A stretch of DNA of 64,000 nt from an uncultured Flavobacteriaceae bacterium (GCA_937944485.1 CALDYU010000011.1:597-64596), one strand, 5' to 3'; shown: positions 1 through 8,509, counted from the stretch's first letter. A program made the numbers and translations. Notes: a model not told the origin generated them from the sequence alone.

Positions 1-726
1 ATAATAGGACAGATGAAAGGATTGAATGATATCAGAGGGACTTTGTTTTTTGATATTGCTCGGATTATAAAGGAAAAAGAGCCTAAAGCGTTCATTCTGG
101 AAAATGTAAAACAACTAGTAGGACACGATAAAGGAAAAACACTTAATGTAATATTAAAATCATTAATGGAACTTGGATATCATGTTCAATATAGCGTGCT
201 TAACGCTCTAGACTTTGGGTTACCACAAAAAAGAGAAAGAGTTGTGATTGTTGGTCATAAAGAACCGATAATGTTCACTTACCCTAATCCAGAAAAGCCG
301 TACAAACCATTATCTGAAATTCTTGAAAAAAAGGTCGACAAAAAACATCTTGCATCAGATTACATTCGAGAAAAAAGAAGAAATAGTCATAAATCATCTT
401 ATTATCCTTCAATTTGGCATGAGAACAAGTCTGGTAATATCTGTTCTTATCCATATTCTTGTGCCTTAAGAGCTGGGGCATCTTATAATTATCTGTTGGT
501 TAATGGAGAGAGAAGGTTGACTTCTAGAGAAATGCTAAGATTACAGGGCTTTCCGGATACATATAAAATTGTTGTTAGTGATGGTCAAGCTAGGAAACAA
601 GCTGGCAATGCTGTCCCCGTTAATATGATAAAAGCTGTTGCTCTCAAACTTCTACCATACATTGCAATTGGAATAGATCAAACAGTTGTTTTGAGAGAAT
701 ATGACTTGCAATACAACGCCAGTTAA
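1..726 (+). CDS. DNA (cytosine-5)-methyltransferase, C-terminal portion (5' end lies upstream of the window)
   Basis: Reading frame is open from base 1. Ordered C5-MTase motifs are present: RGTLFF, ENV (100-108), QKRER, a variable TRD-like stretch, and GNAVPV near the C-terminus. The catalytic PCQ motif is absent, as expected if the gene is cut by the window edge. Confidence 0.9.
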   Translation: MIGQMKGLNDIRGTLFFDIARIIKEKEPKAFILENVKQLVGHDKGKTLNVILKSLMELGYHVQYSVLNALDFGLPQKRERVVIVGHKEPIMFTYPNPEKPYKPLSEILEKKVDKKHLASDYIREKRRNSHKSSYYPSIWHENKSGNICSYPYSCALRAGASYNYLLVNGERRLTSREMLRLQGFPDTYKIVVSDGQARKQAGNAVPVNMIKAVALKLLPYIAIGIDQTVVLREYDLQYNAS

Positions 727-728
727 CA

Positions 729-1478
729 ATGGGTAAAAAACAATCTCCAAAGTTAAGAACGGTTAGTAAATCTGTTGCTCCGTTTCCAGAAAATAGGTTC
801 CCAAAAGATTTTCCCTTTAAAGTTGGTGAGCAGCTAATTTATATTTTAGCTACACGTGGTAAAACTGATATTGAAGGAAAAGAATGGGAGCAAATTTTTG
901 CGAATGCTATAAAGGCAGAATGGAAACCTTCTAATGTCGGCTTAGACGACATTGTTAAAGGAAATACAGCTTGGGGTGCCAAATCTGTGAAATACAGAAA
1001 ACCTGCTTTACAAAAGTCAATTCGTTTAATCTCTGGCAGGAATGATCTTCAATTTTCCTTTGGACAAACAGCAAAACCAGGGGAAAAAGCTAACGAAACT
1101 GGTGAATTGGTATTAAGTATATATAATGAAAGAGTATCAAAAATAAGAGAGACCCATAAGCACTTAAGAACCATAGTTTTAATAAGATCATATGACTTAA
1201 CAGAATCCGTTGTCTTCGAGCAGAAAACTATTCGCTATGACCCTGAGCTATTTTATTGGAAATGGAATAAAAGAAATAATTTGGAAGGATTTTACAAAAA
1301 AGATGATGTGCATAAATTTACCTGGCAATCTGGAGGCAAACAATTTACAATTATTGAAAAAGTTCCAGAACAACATATTTTAATCAAAATAAAAAAGCCG
1401 GAAAAGGTTAGTAAAGATTTTGTTTTTGAAAATATAGGTTTTGACAAATCTTGGATTTCAGTTGTTAAAAACAAGTAA
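729..1478 (+). CDS. Putative type II restriction endonuclease (partner of the C5-methyltransferase)
   Basis: 249-aa ORF on the same strand, with its ATG 2 nt after the methyltransferase stop (TAA 724-726). The call rests on position only; no clear PD-(D/E)XK, HNH or GIY-YIG motif is visible by eye. Confidence 0.4.
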   Translation: MGKKQSPKLRTVSKSVAPFPENRFPKDFPFKVGEQLIYILATRGKTDIEGKEWEQIFANAIKAEWKPSNVGLDDIVKGNTAWGAKSVKYRKPALQKSIRLISGRNDLQFSFGQTAKPGEKANETGELVLSIYNERVSKIRETHKHLRTIVLIRSYDLTESVVFEQKTIRYDPELFYWKWNKRNNLEGFYKKDDVHKFTWQSGGKQFTIIEKVPEQHILIKIKKPEKVSKDFVFENIGFDKSWISVVKNK

Positions 1479-1502
1479 TTGCTGATTATTGGATACTTCC
1501 CA

Positions 1503-1563
1503 GCTAGCACTCGTCTCCTCCTTCACCACTGAGGTGGTTTCGGCGGACAGGTGTGACGAGTGC
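1503..1563 (+). repeat. 61-nt GC-rich structured repeat, copy A
   Basis: 58/61 identical to 3683-3743. A 9-bp terminal inverted repeat GCACTCGTC/GACGAGTGC (1507-1515 with 1555-1563) encloses an inner hairpin ACCAC-TGAG-GTGGT (1525-1538). It starts 25 nt after the stop of the preceding + strand ORF. Confidence 0.85.
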
Positions 1564-1589
1564 CGTATTGAATAAACAACTTTGCAAGC

Positions 1590-1615
1590 AGTAATTAAGG
1601 GCTTCGGGAATTACT
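1590..1615 (+). other. Hairpin AGTAATT/AATTACT with a loop containing C-TTCG-G
   Basis: 7-bp perfect inverted repeat (1590-1596 / 1609-1615) with loop aagggcttcggg. Possible end of the R-M transcript, but there is no strong T-run. Confidence 0.3.
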
Positions 1616-1660
1616 AATAAGGTTTGTGTATTTTTATGAAGTACTTAAAACAAACCCACA

Positions 1661-2077
1661 TTGTTCTTTAAGAAGAAAAAAACATATTCCCCAAAGATTA
1701 GGACTAGAAAAATACTTAGTCCCATTGATTTAAGTGTCCCACATAAAGATTTCAAAGACTTCCTATTTGTCAACAATAATTCAGGTTCAGTTCGGTTCGT
1801 GGGAATCAGGAAAGGAAAAGAATTTGAAACTGGAGTAGTTACATTAACAAGTGAAATTACAGAAAGTGATGTTTTTTCTCGCTTCCTAGATAATTCAAAT
1901 GAAAAAATCGAATCTGTTGATAGTCTGCTAAAGTCAATAGTATTTTATCTTGAAGAGATCAATAAATTTAAGATTGGGAATATTATCGCAATCAAGCATT
2001 CTGAAAATGAATTTGGCTTTGAATTAGTGAAAATCAAAGATAGAGTGAGTATGACTAAGAAGAATAAATTGCCCTAA
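1661..2077 (+). CDS. Hypothetical protein (138 aa, TTG start only)
   Basis: Open frame with no in-frame ATG near the 5' end and no recognisable motif. It could be a gene remnant. Confidence 0.35.
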   Translation: MFFKKKKTYSPKIRTRKILSPIDLSVPHKDFKDFLFVNNNSGSVRFVGIRKGKEFETGVVTLTSEITESDVFSRFLDNSNEKIESVDSLLKSIVFYLEEINKFKIGNIIAIKHSENEFGFELVKIKDRVSMTKKNKLP

Positions 2078-2144
2078 ACTGGGAAACTATAATCCTCTGA
2101 TAGTGAGCGTCTGCCCTTTGGCAACTAGAAAACTAAAATTTCAA

Positions 2145-2672
2145 ATGATGACCAAAAAAGAAATATCCGATATCAATACGAATAAACATCAAACCTTGTA
2201 TGATTGGCTTCAAAATCACCCTGATGAAAATTGGGCCAAAGGCCCAGAAGGCAAATGGAATACAGGAGAGCACATTGTGCATCTGATTCAAAGTGAGGCC
2301 GCTTTGAACAAGGCTCTGCGTATTCCAAAATTTTACTTGAAATATAAGTTCAAAACAAACAATAGAGAAAATCGTTCGTATGAACAGGTTGTCAAAAAAT
2401 ACCAAGACAAGCTAGCTGCCAACCCCGGCGTAGTTGGACCCATGTCTAGAACAATGCCTGAGATCACACCAGCCAACAAAAGTATTTATATCGCAAAATT
2501 AGATAAAGAAAAAACCAAATTGCTCAAAAAGCTTGATAAATGGAGTGACAAAGCTTTGGATACCTATTTGTTGCCACACCCACTAATGGGAAGAATGACC
2601 GTGCGCGAAATCTTGATGTGGAACGCCTATCATACTGAGCATCATTACAATATTTTGAAGGCGAAGTATTAA
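2145..2672 (+). CDS. DinB-family (DinB_2/YfiT-like four-helix bundle) protein
   Basis: His triad pattern typical of the DinB fold (HIVHLIQ ... YHTEHHYNIL at the C-terminus). I prefer the in-frame ATG at 2145 over the GTG at 2103 given in the ORF track. Confidence 0.8.
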   Translation: MMTKKEISDINTNKHQTLYDWLQNHPDENWAKGPEGKWNTGEHIVHLIQSEAALNKALRIPKFYLKYKFKTNNRENRSYEQVVKKYQDKLAANPGVVGPMSRTMPEITPANKSIYIAKLDKEKTKLLKKLDKWSDKALDTYLLPHPLMGRMTVREILMWNAYHTEHHYNILKAKY

Positions 2673-2677
2673 GAAAA

Positions 2678-3013
2678 CTATTTTATTTTTCTTTCACTAA
2701 CAACTGCTCCCCAGTCAGCAATATGCTGAATTACAGGTAATAGTGTTTTGCCAAAATCGGTCAAAGAATATTCCACTTTAAGTGGCGGTTTTGAATAATA
2801 TACCTTTCTTTTGATTATGCCATCATCGGTTAGTGATTTCAATTGTAAACTTAGCGTGCGCTCCGTAACCGTTGGCATTTTCTTTCTTAGCTCATTGTAT
2901 CGTAATGTTTCGTTCATCAAATAATACAAGATGGGTGTTTTCCACTTTCCGCCAATAATACCCATGGTTAAACTTGAACAGCAAGGGTATTCTTTTCCGC
3001 TAAAATTGTACAT
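2678..3013 (-). CDS. HxlR-family winged-helix transcriptional regulator
   Basis: 111 aa. It carries the characteristic GGKWK..IL..L....RYNEL...P.VTER.LS.QLK.L..DGII.R..Y...P.KVEYSLT.FG..L pattern. Confidence 0.9.
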   Translation of the reverse strand: MYNFSGKEYPCCSSLTMGIIGGKWKTPILYYLMNETLRYNELRKKMPTVTERTLSLQLKSLTDDGIIKRKVYYSKPPLKVEYSLTDFGKTLLPVIQHIADWGAVVSERKIK

Positions 3014-3087
3014 ATTTCTAAATAATATTAAACTATCCTTTTTGACCGTTATTGCAAAACTAGGATACTCTAATTAGTTTTGTAACT

Positions 3088-3103
3088 ATACTATTTATAG
3101 TAT
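3088..3103. promoter_or_regulatory. Perfect 7-2-7 palindrome ATACTAT-TT-ATAGTAT in the divergent HxlR/DinB promoter region (candidate operator)
   Basis: Read directly from the sequence. It lies in the 142-bp gap between the divergent genes 2678-3013(-) and 3156-3614(+). AT-rich palindromes can arise by chance. Confidence 0.3.
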
Positions 3104-3155
3104 TATTTTTTTACTCCGAAATAAGACTAAAAATCATATTAAAAACTAAAATATT

Positions 3156-3614
3156 ATGATAGCAACTACAAATAAATTGGACGCACTTTTGAATCTAACA
3201 AGGGAGTACATTTCTAAAGCTTCAAGGGCAGAATTAAATCATAAATCTAGTTCTGAAAAATGGTCAAAAAAGGAAATTATGGGCCATTTAATTGATTCTG
3301 GAATTAATAATATACAACGTTTTACAAGAGTTCAAATTGAAAAAGAGCCCTATAGAATACTACCAATGAAACAAGCGGAATTAGTGCAAGTAAATGATTA
3401 TCAGAATGCTGAAATTGAAGAGCTTTTGGCTTTTTTAATGGCAATAAATGCACGAGTAAAAAATATAATGTTGCTACAAAACGCTCAAACGCTAGCTACA
3501 CCTATTGAATTATATCGGGAAGGTAACATGTCTGATATGAGATATTTGATGGAAGACTATGTGGTACATTTTGAGCATCACATAAATCAAATAATAAAGC
3601 CATTAGCTACCTAG
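3156..3614 (+). CDS. DinB-family protein
   Basis: 152 aa with DinB-type His motifs (GHLIDSGINN ... VVHFEHHINQI). Confidence 0.75.
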   Translation: MIATTNKLDALLNLTREYISKASRAELNHKSSSEKWSKKEIMGHLIDSGINNIQRFTRVQIEKEPYRILPMKQAELVQVNDYQNAEIEELLAFLMAINARVKNIMLLQNAQTLATPIELYREGNMSDMRYLMEDYVVHFEHHINQIIKPLAT

Positions 3615-3682
3615 AATCTTTCTTATCTAAATTTTTTTGCTATCGAATATTTAAAACAAGCGTCAATACCTAATCATTATCC

Positions 3683-3743
3683 GCTAGTGCTCGTCTCCCC
3701 CTTCACCACTGAGGTGGTTTCGGCGGACAGGTGTGACGAGTGC
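3683..3743 (+). repeat. 61-nt GC-rich structured repeat, copy B
   Basis: 58/61 identical to 1503-1563. The three differences are transitions, and two of them convert stem pairs C-G and A-T into T-G and G-T, which still pair as wobbles in + strand RNA. It starts 69 nt after the stop of the preceding + strand ORF. Confidence 0.85.
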
Positions 3744-3794
3744 AGGCAACAACAATAATTCGTATCTTAGAGAAGCAACGTAAAAATATAGGGT

Positions 3795-4151
3795 ATGAAA
3801 ACTTCAATCATAGTATTTGCCATTTTTTTATTTTCTGTAACTGCTTTCGGTCAAGCCGATTCTAAAAATTTAAAGCCTGGCGATATTCTAACCATTACCA
3901 AAGATGCGAATACCCCTTTTGAGCATCTCTATTTCCAACGGTCCAATTTTATCATGAAACGGGGTGGCCTAGCCAACTACAAAGCCCTTGATCAAAAGAA
4001 AGTTAAAATTGAGGCCATAGCCCAAGACGGTACCGCAAAACTTAAACCTTTGAATGGCAAGAAATTTTTCAACACATTTACCTATGTCAGGGCCCATCTG
4101 CAAAAAGCTTTGGAGAACAATGAATTAGAGGTTTCTAGTATTTCTCGCTAG
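3795..4151 (+). CDS. Hypothetical secreted protein (118 aa)
   Basis: N-terminal signal peptide (MKTSIIVFAIFLFSVTAFGQ); no recognisable domain. Confidence 0.6.
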   Translation: MKTSIIVFAIFLFSVTAFGQADSKNLKPGDILTITKDANTPFEHLYFQRSNFIMKRGGLANYKALDQKKVKIEAIAQDGTAKLKPLNGKKFFNTFTYVRAHLQKALENNELEVSSISR

Positions 4152-4235
4152 CATACATCTAAAAGCATTTTACTATATTTCATGAAAATTAGTCGAAGTG
4201 GTCATGATACTACGATACGGTAAAATTCAATTGAC

Positions 4236-4685
4236 ATGAAAAATAAGTTATTCATTGTGGGCGCCATCTTTAGTTTAATGGCTTGTTCAGCTAAAAAGAA
4301 CATTGCAAATAAGATTAGTTCAAACAATGTTCAACAGACGCTTATAAATGATTATACGTTTAAGGTGACCGAAATTTCAACAGACCCATCGTATGGGTTA
4401 TCGCCTAAAAACCCTGTTGAAGTTGGTGGTAAAGACAGTGGTCCAAAAAACGAAAGAAGATATCTTAATGCTTTGGCCGGACCGAATGGCGAAGCTCTTA
4501 CTTATTTTAGGGCAGGAAGCTGTTGCCCCATTAAAAGTGATAATGCACTATTCGGAAATTCCGTAATGCTAGATAATTACAGGGTCAGTTGGGAAGGAGC
4601 AAAAGATACCGTGTCAATCTACATCAATATGTATGATTCTGGCGTTCTTAAAGCTCCGAAAGGATTTACGATAAGAGAAAACTAA
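4236..4685 (+). CDS. Hypothetical lipoprotein (149 aa)
   Basis: Signal peptide with lipobox (SLMAC|S); no recognisable catalytic motif. Confidence 0.65.
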   Translation: MKNKLFIVGAIFSLMACSAKKNIANKISSNNVQQTLINDYTFKVTEISTDPSYGLSPKNPVEVGGKDSGPKNERRYLNALAGPNGEALTYFRAGSCCPIKSDNALFGNSVMLDNYRVSWEGAKDTVSIYINMYDSGVLKAPKGFTIREN

Positions 4686-4939
4686 ATGTACTGAATGACA
4701 TCTATCGCGACTAATCTTCTCTAACAAGAAAGGGAGGCTGGTGTGACAAGAATCGCTCATAAAATAAGCCTTTTTAGGCGCATGTTTGGAACGAATACTG
4801 ACTTAGGAGGGCTACTGCAGTTGAGGCTTCCATATTAAAAAGTACATACGATACGAATTTCAACCTATAGTTAGCCAATTTTATTATATTTCCTTAAAAA
4901 TCAGCGAACTTGTTTAGCAGGCAACTCGCAAATACACTA

Positions 4940-5581
4940 ATGAAGACAAAATTAATTATTATAGCATTTGTTTTATTAAGCATTTCAATCTACGCCCAAA
5001 AAAGTGAAATTTATCTGAACGATGATTTGAAACCAATTAGTCAAAGACAATTTAATAACCCTAATAAACCCCATACATTCTATAACCTGAGCATTGAATT
5101 AGATACAGCAATCGCCAATGTACAAGTTCAAAGAATCAAGAAAGGAAAAATTTCAATAGTAATGTTGGATTCCTTAAAATCTGAACTTGCTAAGCTATCA
5201 GGAAAACCTATCCCTAAAGCTAATACCTTAGTCATTAATTATCATCACGGATTAGACAGATGTATCTCAACGGTCAACAAATCATATGTCACCGTGAAAT
5301 ACAAAAGATTTTTGAAAAAAATAAATTCAATAGCAAGTACGAGTCACTTCTTCATGTACAAATCTGATGAAGGAATTAAAACTTATGGAAAAAAACTGAA
5401 GTGGATTAAAGATAAGTTCAGAACTATTGAAAAAACATTTTTACCTCTGCATTATCCTTGTGGGAGTTTCGTATTGATTGATGAAAACGGTAATTACTAT
5501 GTTAATAAAGGAGAATACAATATTGATCAGATAATTGATTTGCTTAAAAATAAAGAAACAACTTTTACTAATACTCTATAA
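4940..5581 (+). CDS. Hypothetical secreted protein
   Basis: I chose the in-frame ATG at 4940 (MKTKLIIIAFVLLSISIYAQ signal peptide) over the TTG at 4910 in the ORF track. Confidence 0.6.
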   Translation: MKTKLIIIAFVLLSISIYAQKSEIYLNDDLKPISQRQFNNPNKPHTFYNLSIELDTAIANVQVQRIKKGKISIVMLDSLKSELAKLSGKPIPKANTLVINYHHGLDRCISTVNKSYVTVKYKRFLKKINSIASTSHFFMYKSDEGIKTYGKKLKWIKDKFRTIEKTFLPLHYPCGSFVLIDENGNYYVNKGEYNIDQIIDLLKNKETTFTNTL

Positions 5582-5622
5582 CCGTTTTGGATTCATTAAA
5601 AAAATAAACAATATACCACAAC

Positions 5623-7218
5623 ATGAAACAGTCTAATATTTTCAAGGTTTTCACGGTAATTACCATTGTATTCATTTCCTTCTTAGGATGTCAAAACAAA
5701 CAGCAAAAGAAACAATCCGTTGACTCTATTGCAAAAAATCTTTATCAAGAACCTCATCGCTCTCAATTACATTTTAGTCCGCAAGCCAATTGGATGAATG
5801 ACCCCAATGGAATGTTTTACGATAAAGGTAAATACCATCTTTTTTACCAGTATTATCCTGACAGCACGGTTTGGGGACCCATGCATTGGGGGCACGCAGA
5901 ATCAAAAGATCTAGTGCATTGGAAAGAGTTACCCATTGCTTTGTACCCTGATTCTTTAGGGTGTATCTTTTCAGGCAGTGCTGTAGTTGATACCTATAAT
6001 ACCTCAAAGTTAGGTACTGCCGAAAACCCACCCATTATAGCAGCTTTTACCCATCATGATTTTGTTGGTGAAAAGGCGAAAACCAATGATTTTCAAAAAC
6101 AAAGTATTGCTTACAGCCTAGATGGTGGTTATGAATGGCAAAAATATTCGGGTAACCCCGTTATACCAAATAAAGAAAAAATCAAAGATTTCAGAGATCC
6201 TAAAGTGGTATGGCACGAAGCATCTCAAAAGTGGATTTTGGTATTGGCCGCCTATGATCGCGTGAAATTTTATGCATCAGCTAATCTCACAGATTGGGAA
6301 TTTCTTTCCGATTTTGGTATTGAAGGTGATCATCGCTTATGGGAATGCCCAGATTTGTTTCAAATGAAAGTAGCAGATAGTAATGAATATAAGTGGGTGT
6401 TGCTCGTCAGTATTCAAAAAAATGCCCCCAATGATGGCACCGCTACTTCGTATTTCGTTGGTGAATTTGATGGAATTAAATTCAATAGCGAGGTTGAAAG
6501 TCAAAAATGGCTTGACTGGGGCACAGACAATTATGCTTTTGTGACTTGGAATAATGTGCCCAAAGACGATGGTCGCGTTCTAGGCATTGGTTGGATGTCT
6601 AATTGGCAATATGCCCAAATTGTTCCCACGGTGAACTGGCGAAGTACGATGACCTTGCCTAGAGAATTAACCCTAGTAAAGTCTGCTTCAAATTATGCTT
6701 TGCACAGTACGCTGGTACGTGAGTTTGAACAGTTACGAAATACAACTACTGCCCTTGGACAAATGACCATCACCCAAGAAAAGCTTATAGAAGGTTCGTT
6801 TACGGCTTCGCAGGCAGAAGTAGACTTAAGTGTTGATCTGCAACAAACAACGGCAAGTGCCTTTGGAATTAAACTTCAAAATGAATTGGGAGAAAAGCTT
6901 GTGATTAAATTTGATAAAAAGGAAGGTCAAATGTTCGTTGATCGAACCAATTCTCGTAAGGATAAGTTTTCAGATGAATTCTTTAAGAATGTTCATGCCG
7001 CACCCATTGATTTTAACAAAGAAAAAATGAACATGCGCCTAATAATAGATGCGGCTTCGATAGAAATATTTATTAATGAGGGAGCATTGAGCTTTACGAG
7101 TATTTTCTTTCCCTCAGAAAAATTCAGTGCTATTTCCTTATTTGCTGATTCGGGTGTCTGCAATTTCAGTAATTTAGAGGTCCACCATCTCAATAGTATA
7201 TGGGAAGTACAAGAATAA
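5623..7218 (+). CDS. Glycoside hydrolase family 32 (beta-fructofuranosidase / levanase-type), lipoprotein
   Basis: The GH32 signature blocks appear in order: WMNDPNG (5791-5811), FRDPKV, WECPDLF. The lipobox is FLGC|Q. Confidence 0.9.
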   Translation: MKQSNIFKVFTVITIVFISFLGCQNKQQKKQSVDSIAKNLYQEPHRSQLHFSPQANWMNDPNGMFYDKGKYHLFYQYYPDSTVWGPMHWGHAESKDLVHWKELPIALYPDSLGCIFSGSAVVDTYNTSKLGTAENPPIIAAFTHHDFVGEKAKTNDFQKQSIAYSLDGGYEWQKYSGNPVIPNKEKIKDFRDPKVVWHEASQKWILVLAAYDRVKFYASANLTDWEFLSDFGIEGDHRLWECPDLFQMKVADSNEYKWVLLVSIQKNAPNDGTATSYFVGEFDGIKFNSEVESQKWLDWGTDNYAFVTWNNVPKDDGRVLGIGWMSNWQYAQIVPTVNWRSTMTLPRELTLVKSASNYALHSTLVREFEQLRNTTTALGQMTITQEKLIEGSFTASQAEVDLSVDLQQTTASAFGIKLQNELGEKLVIKFDKKEGQMFVDRTNSRKDKFSDEFFKNVHAAPIDFNKEKMNMRLIIDAASIEIFINEGALSFTSIFFPSEKFSAISLFADSGVCNFSNLEVHHLNSIWEVQE

Positions 7219-7239
7219 GAAATAAAAACACCCTTAGTT

Positions 7240-7821
7240 ATGAAAAAAGCAAACGAAAAAACAACATCTAGCCTATCTATTGTAAAACAGCACCATGTTC
7301 TTATGTTCTTTTTATTTGCTGCTTTCTCGGCACCTCTTTTCGGGCAAGAAAACGCGTATATCAGTGAATATTTAGAGCGGCTCGAAAATTCGAAAAAGTA
7401 TTTAATGCTCATAGCTGAAAATATGCCTGAAGACCATTATGAATTTAGAGTAACTCCAGAATCGAAAAGCTTTGCAGAAAATTTAATGCATATAGGTTGG
7501 GCTATGGACTGGCATAGTCAGTCGTTATTGGGCGGACGCGAACCGCGAGATTGGCAAACAGATACCGAACTTCGGCCAAGAAATAAATCAAAAGAAGAAA
7601 TGATTGCAAAAATCGTAGAAACCTTCGATAAAACGATACAATTGATACAACATTTTGATATTAATCAGCTTGATGATTCTTTAGATTATTTCGGATTAGC
7701 CAGAACGAAAAGGCAAATTTTAATGTTACTGGCTGACCACATTACGCACCACCGAGCGCAGATGCTTGTTGCCTTGCGATTAAAAGGTATTGTACCTCCA
7801 CGTTATGTTTTGTATCAATAA
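7240..7821 (+). CDS. DinB-family protein with N-terminal signal-like hydrophobic segment
   Basis: C-terminal DHITHHRAQM and a central HIGWAMDWH His motif, with a hydrophobic N-terminus (MFFLFAAFSAPLFGQ). The exact start is uncertain. Confidence 0.75.
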   Translation: MKKANEKTTSSLSIVKQHHVLMFFLFAAFSAPLFGQENAYISEYLERLENSKKYLMLIAENMPEDHYEFRVTPESKSFAENLMHIGWAMDWHSQSLLGGREPRDWQTDTELRPRNKSKEEMIAKIVETFDKTIQLIQHFDINQLDDSLDYFGLARTKRQILMLLADHITHHRAQMLVALRLKGIVPPRYVLYQ

Positions 7822-7900
7822 AATTGACCTATTGCGTCATGAAGAACTAGTGCCCTATTAGACCTAAGATCACATCTTATTTCTTATCCTTTGAAGTAAT

Positions 7901-8509
7901 TTAGTGCTTTCCTAAGCGCTTACGAATCTTTGATAATCCGACGGGGGTAAGTCCTAAATAAGAGGCTATTAAATACTGTGGTACGCGTTGAAATAAATCA
8001 GGACGTTTTTCAAGCAGACGTATATAGCGCTCTTCATTCGTGCGACTATTGCGCCTTTCAACGCGTGTAAAGATTTTCATAAAAGCCTCTTGCATTGATA
8101 ATCTTCCAAAACGTTCTAACTGATGCGATTGTTCAAAAGAATGTTCAGCATCTGATTTGGTAATGGCATACACAATTGTGTTTTCTGAGGCTTTGAGAAA
8201 ATAATTTGAAGGAATACCTTTCACATAGGCCGGCAAATCGGTAAAGAAAACATCATCTGTATAAAATTCAAGCACTTTATGTTCCCCTTCCTCTAATTTG
8301 TAATAGTAAATACATCCTTTAGCTACGTAATAGAAATGTTTGACCCTTTGCCCTGGCGCAATCAGAACCTCTCCCTTTTTAAGCTCTTGACGTTTATAAA
8401 ATTTTACCTGCTCTTCAAGTACCTTTTCGTCAATGGGCGTATATGATAAAATCTTGTTCTTGAGATTTTGAATATAATTTATGGATGTCTTTGTGGCCAT
8501 TGAAAACAA
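7901..8509 (-). CDS. Crp/Fnr-family transcriptional regulator
   Basis: 202 aa with an N-terminal cNMP-binding-like beta-roll and a C-terminal HTH (QYLIASYLGLTPVGLSKIRKRL). Confidence 0.85.
   Translation of the reverse strand: MFSMATKTSINYIQNLKNKILSYTPIDEKVLEEQVKFYKRQELKKGEVLIAPGQRVKHFYYVAKGCIYYYKLEEGEHKVLEFYTDDVFFTDLPAYVKGIPSNYFLKASENTIVYAITKSDAEHSFEQSHQLERFGRLSMQEAFMKIFTRVERRNSRTNEERYIRLLEKRPDLFQRVPQYLIASYLGLTPVGLSKIRKRLGKH

Noticed and set aside
1636-1671. Mini-ORF ATG 1636 (MKYLKQTHIVL*) just upstream and out of frame with the TTG-start ORF 1661-2077. I considered a frameshifted gene or slippage at the A7 run (1679-1685).
   Set aside because: The stop of the mini-ORF (1669-1671) precedes the A-run, so slippage there cannot join the frames. 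There is no evidence beyond proximity.
1503-3743. Idea that the 61-nt repeats are integron attC sites marking gene cassettes.
   Set aside because: No RYYYAAC/GTTRRRY core sites at the ends and no integrase in view. The interval between the copies holds four ORFs on both strands rather than one promoterless cassette.
4697-4757. Possible degenerate third copy of the structured repeat downstream of ORF 4236-4685 (shares GGTGTGAC and has a loose flanking inverted repeat GCGA..TCTT / AAGA..TCGC).
   Set aside because: The exact match is only an 8-mer, which is expected by chance in 64 kb on two strands. The central hairpin is absent. It is too weak to call without a covariance-model search.
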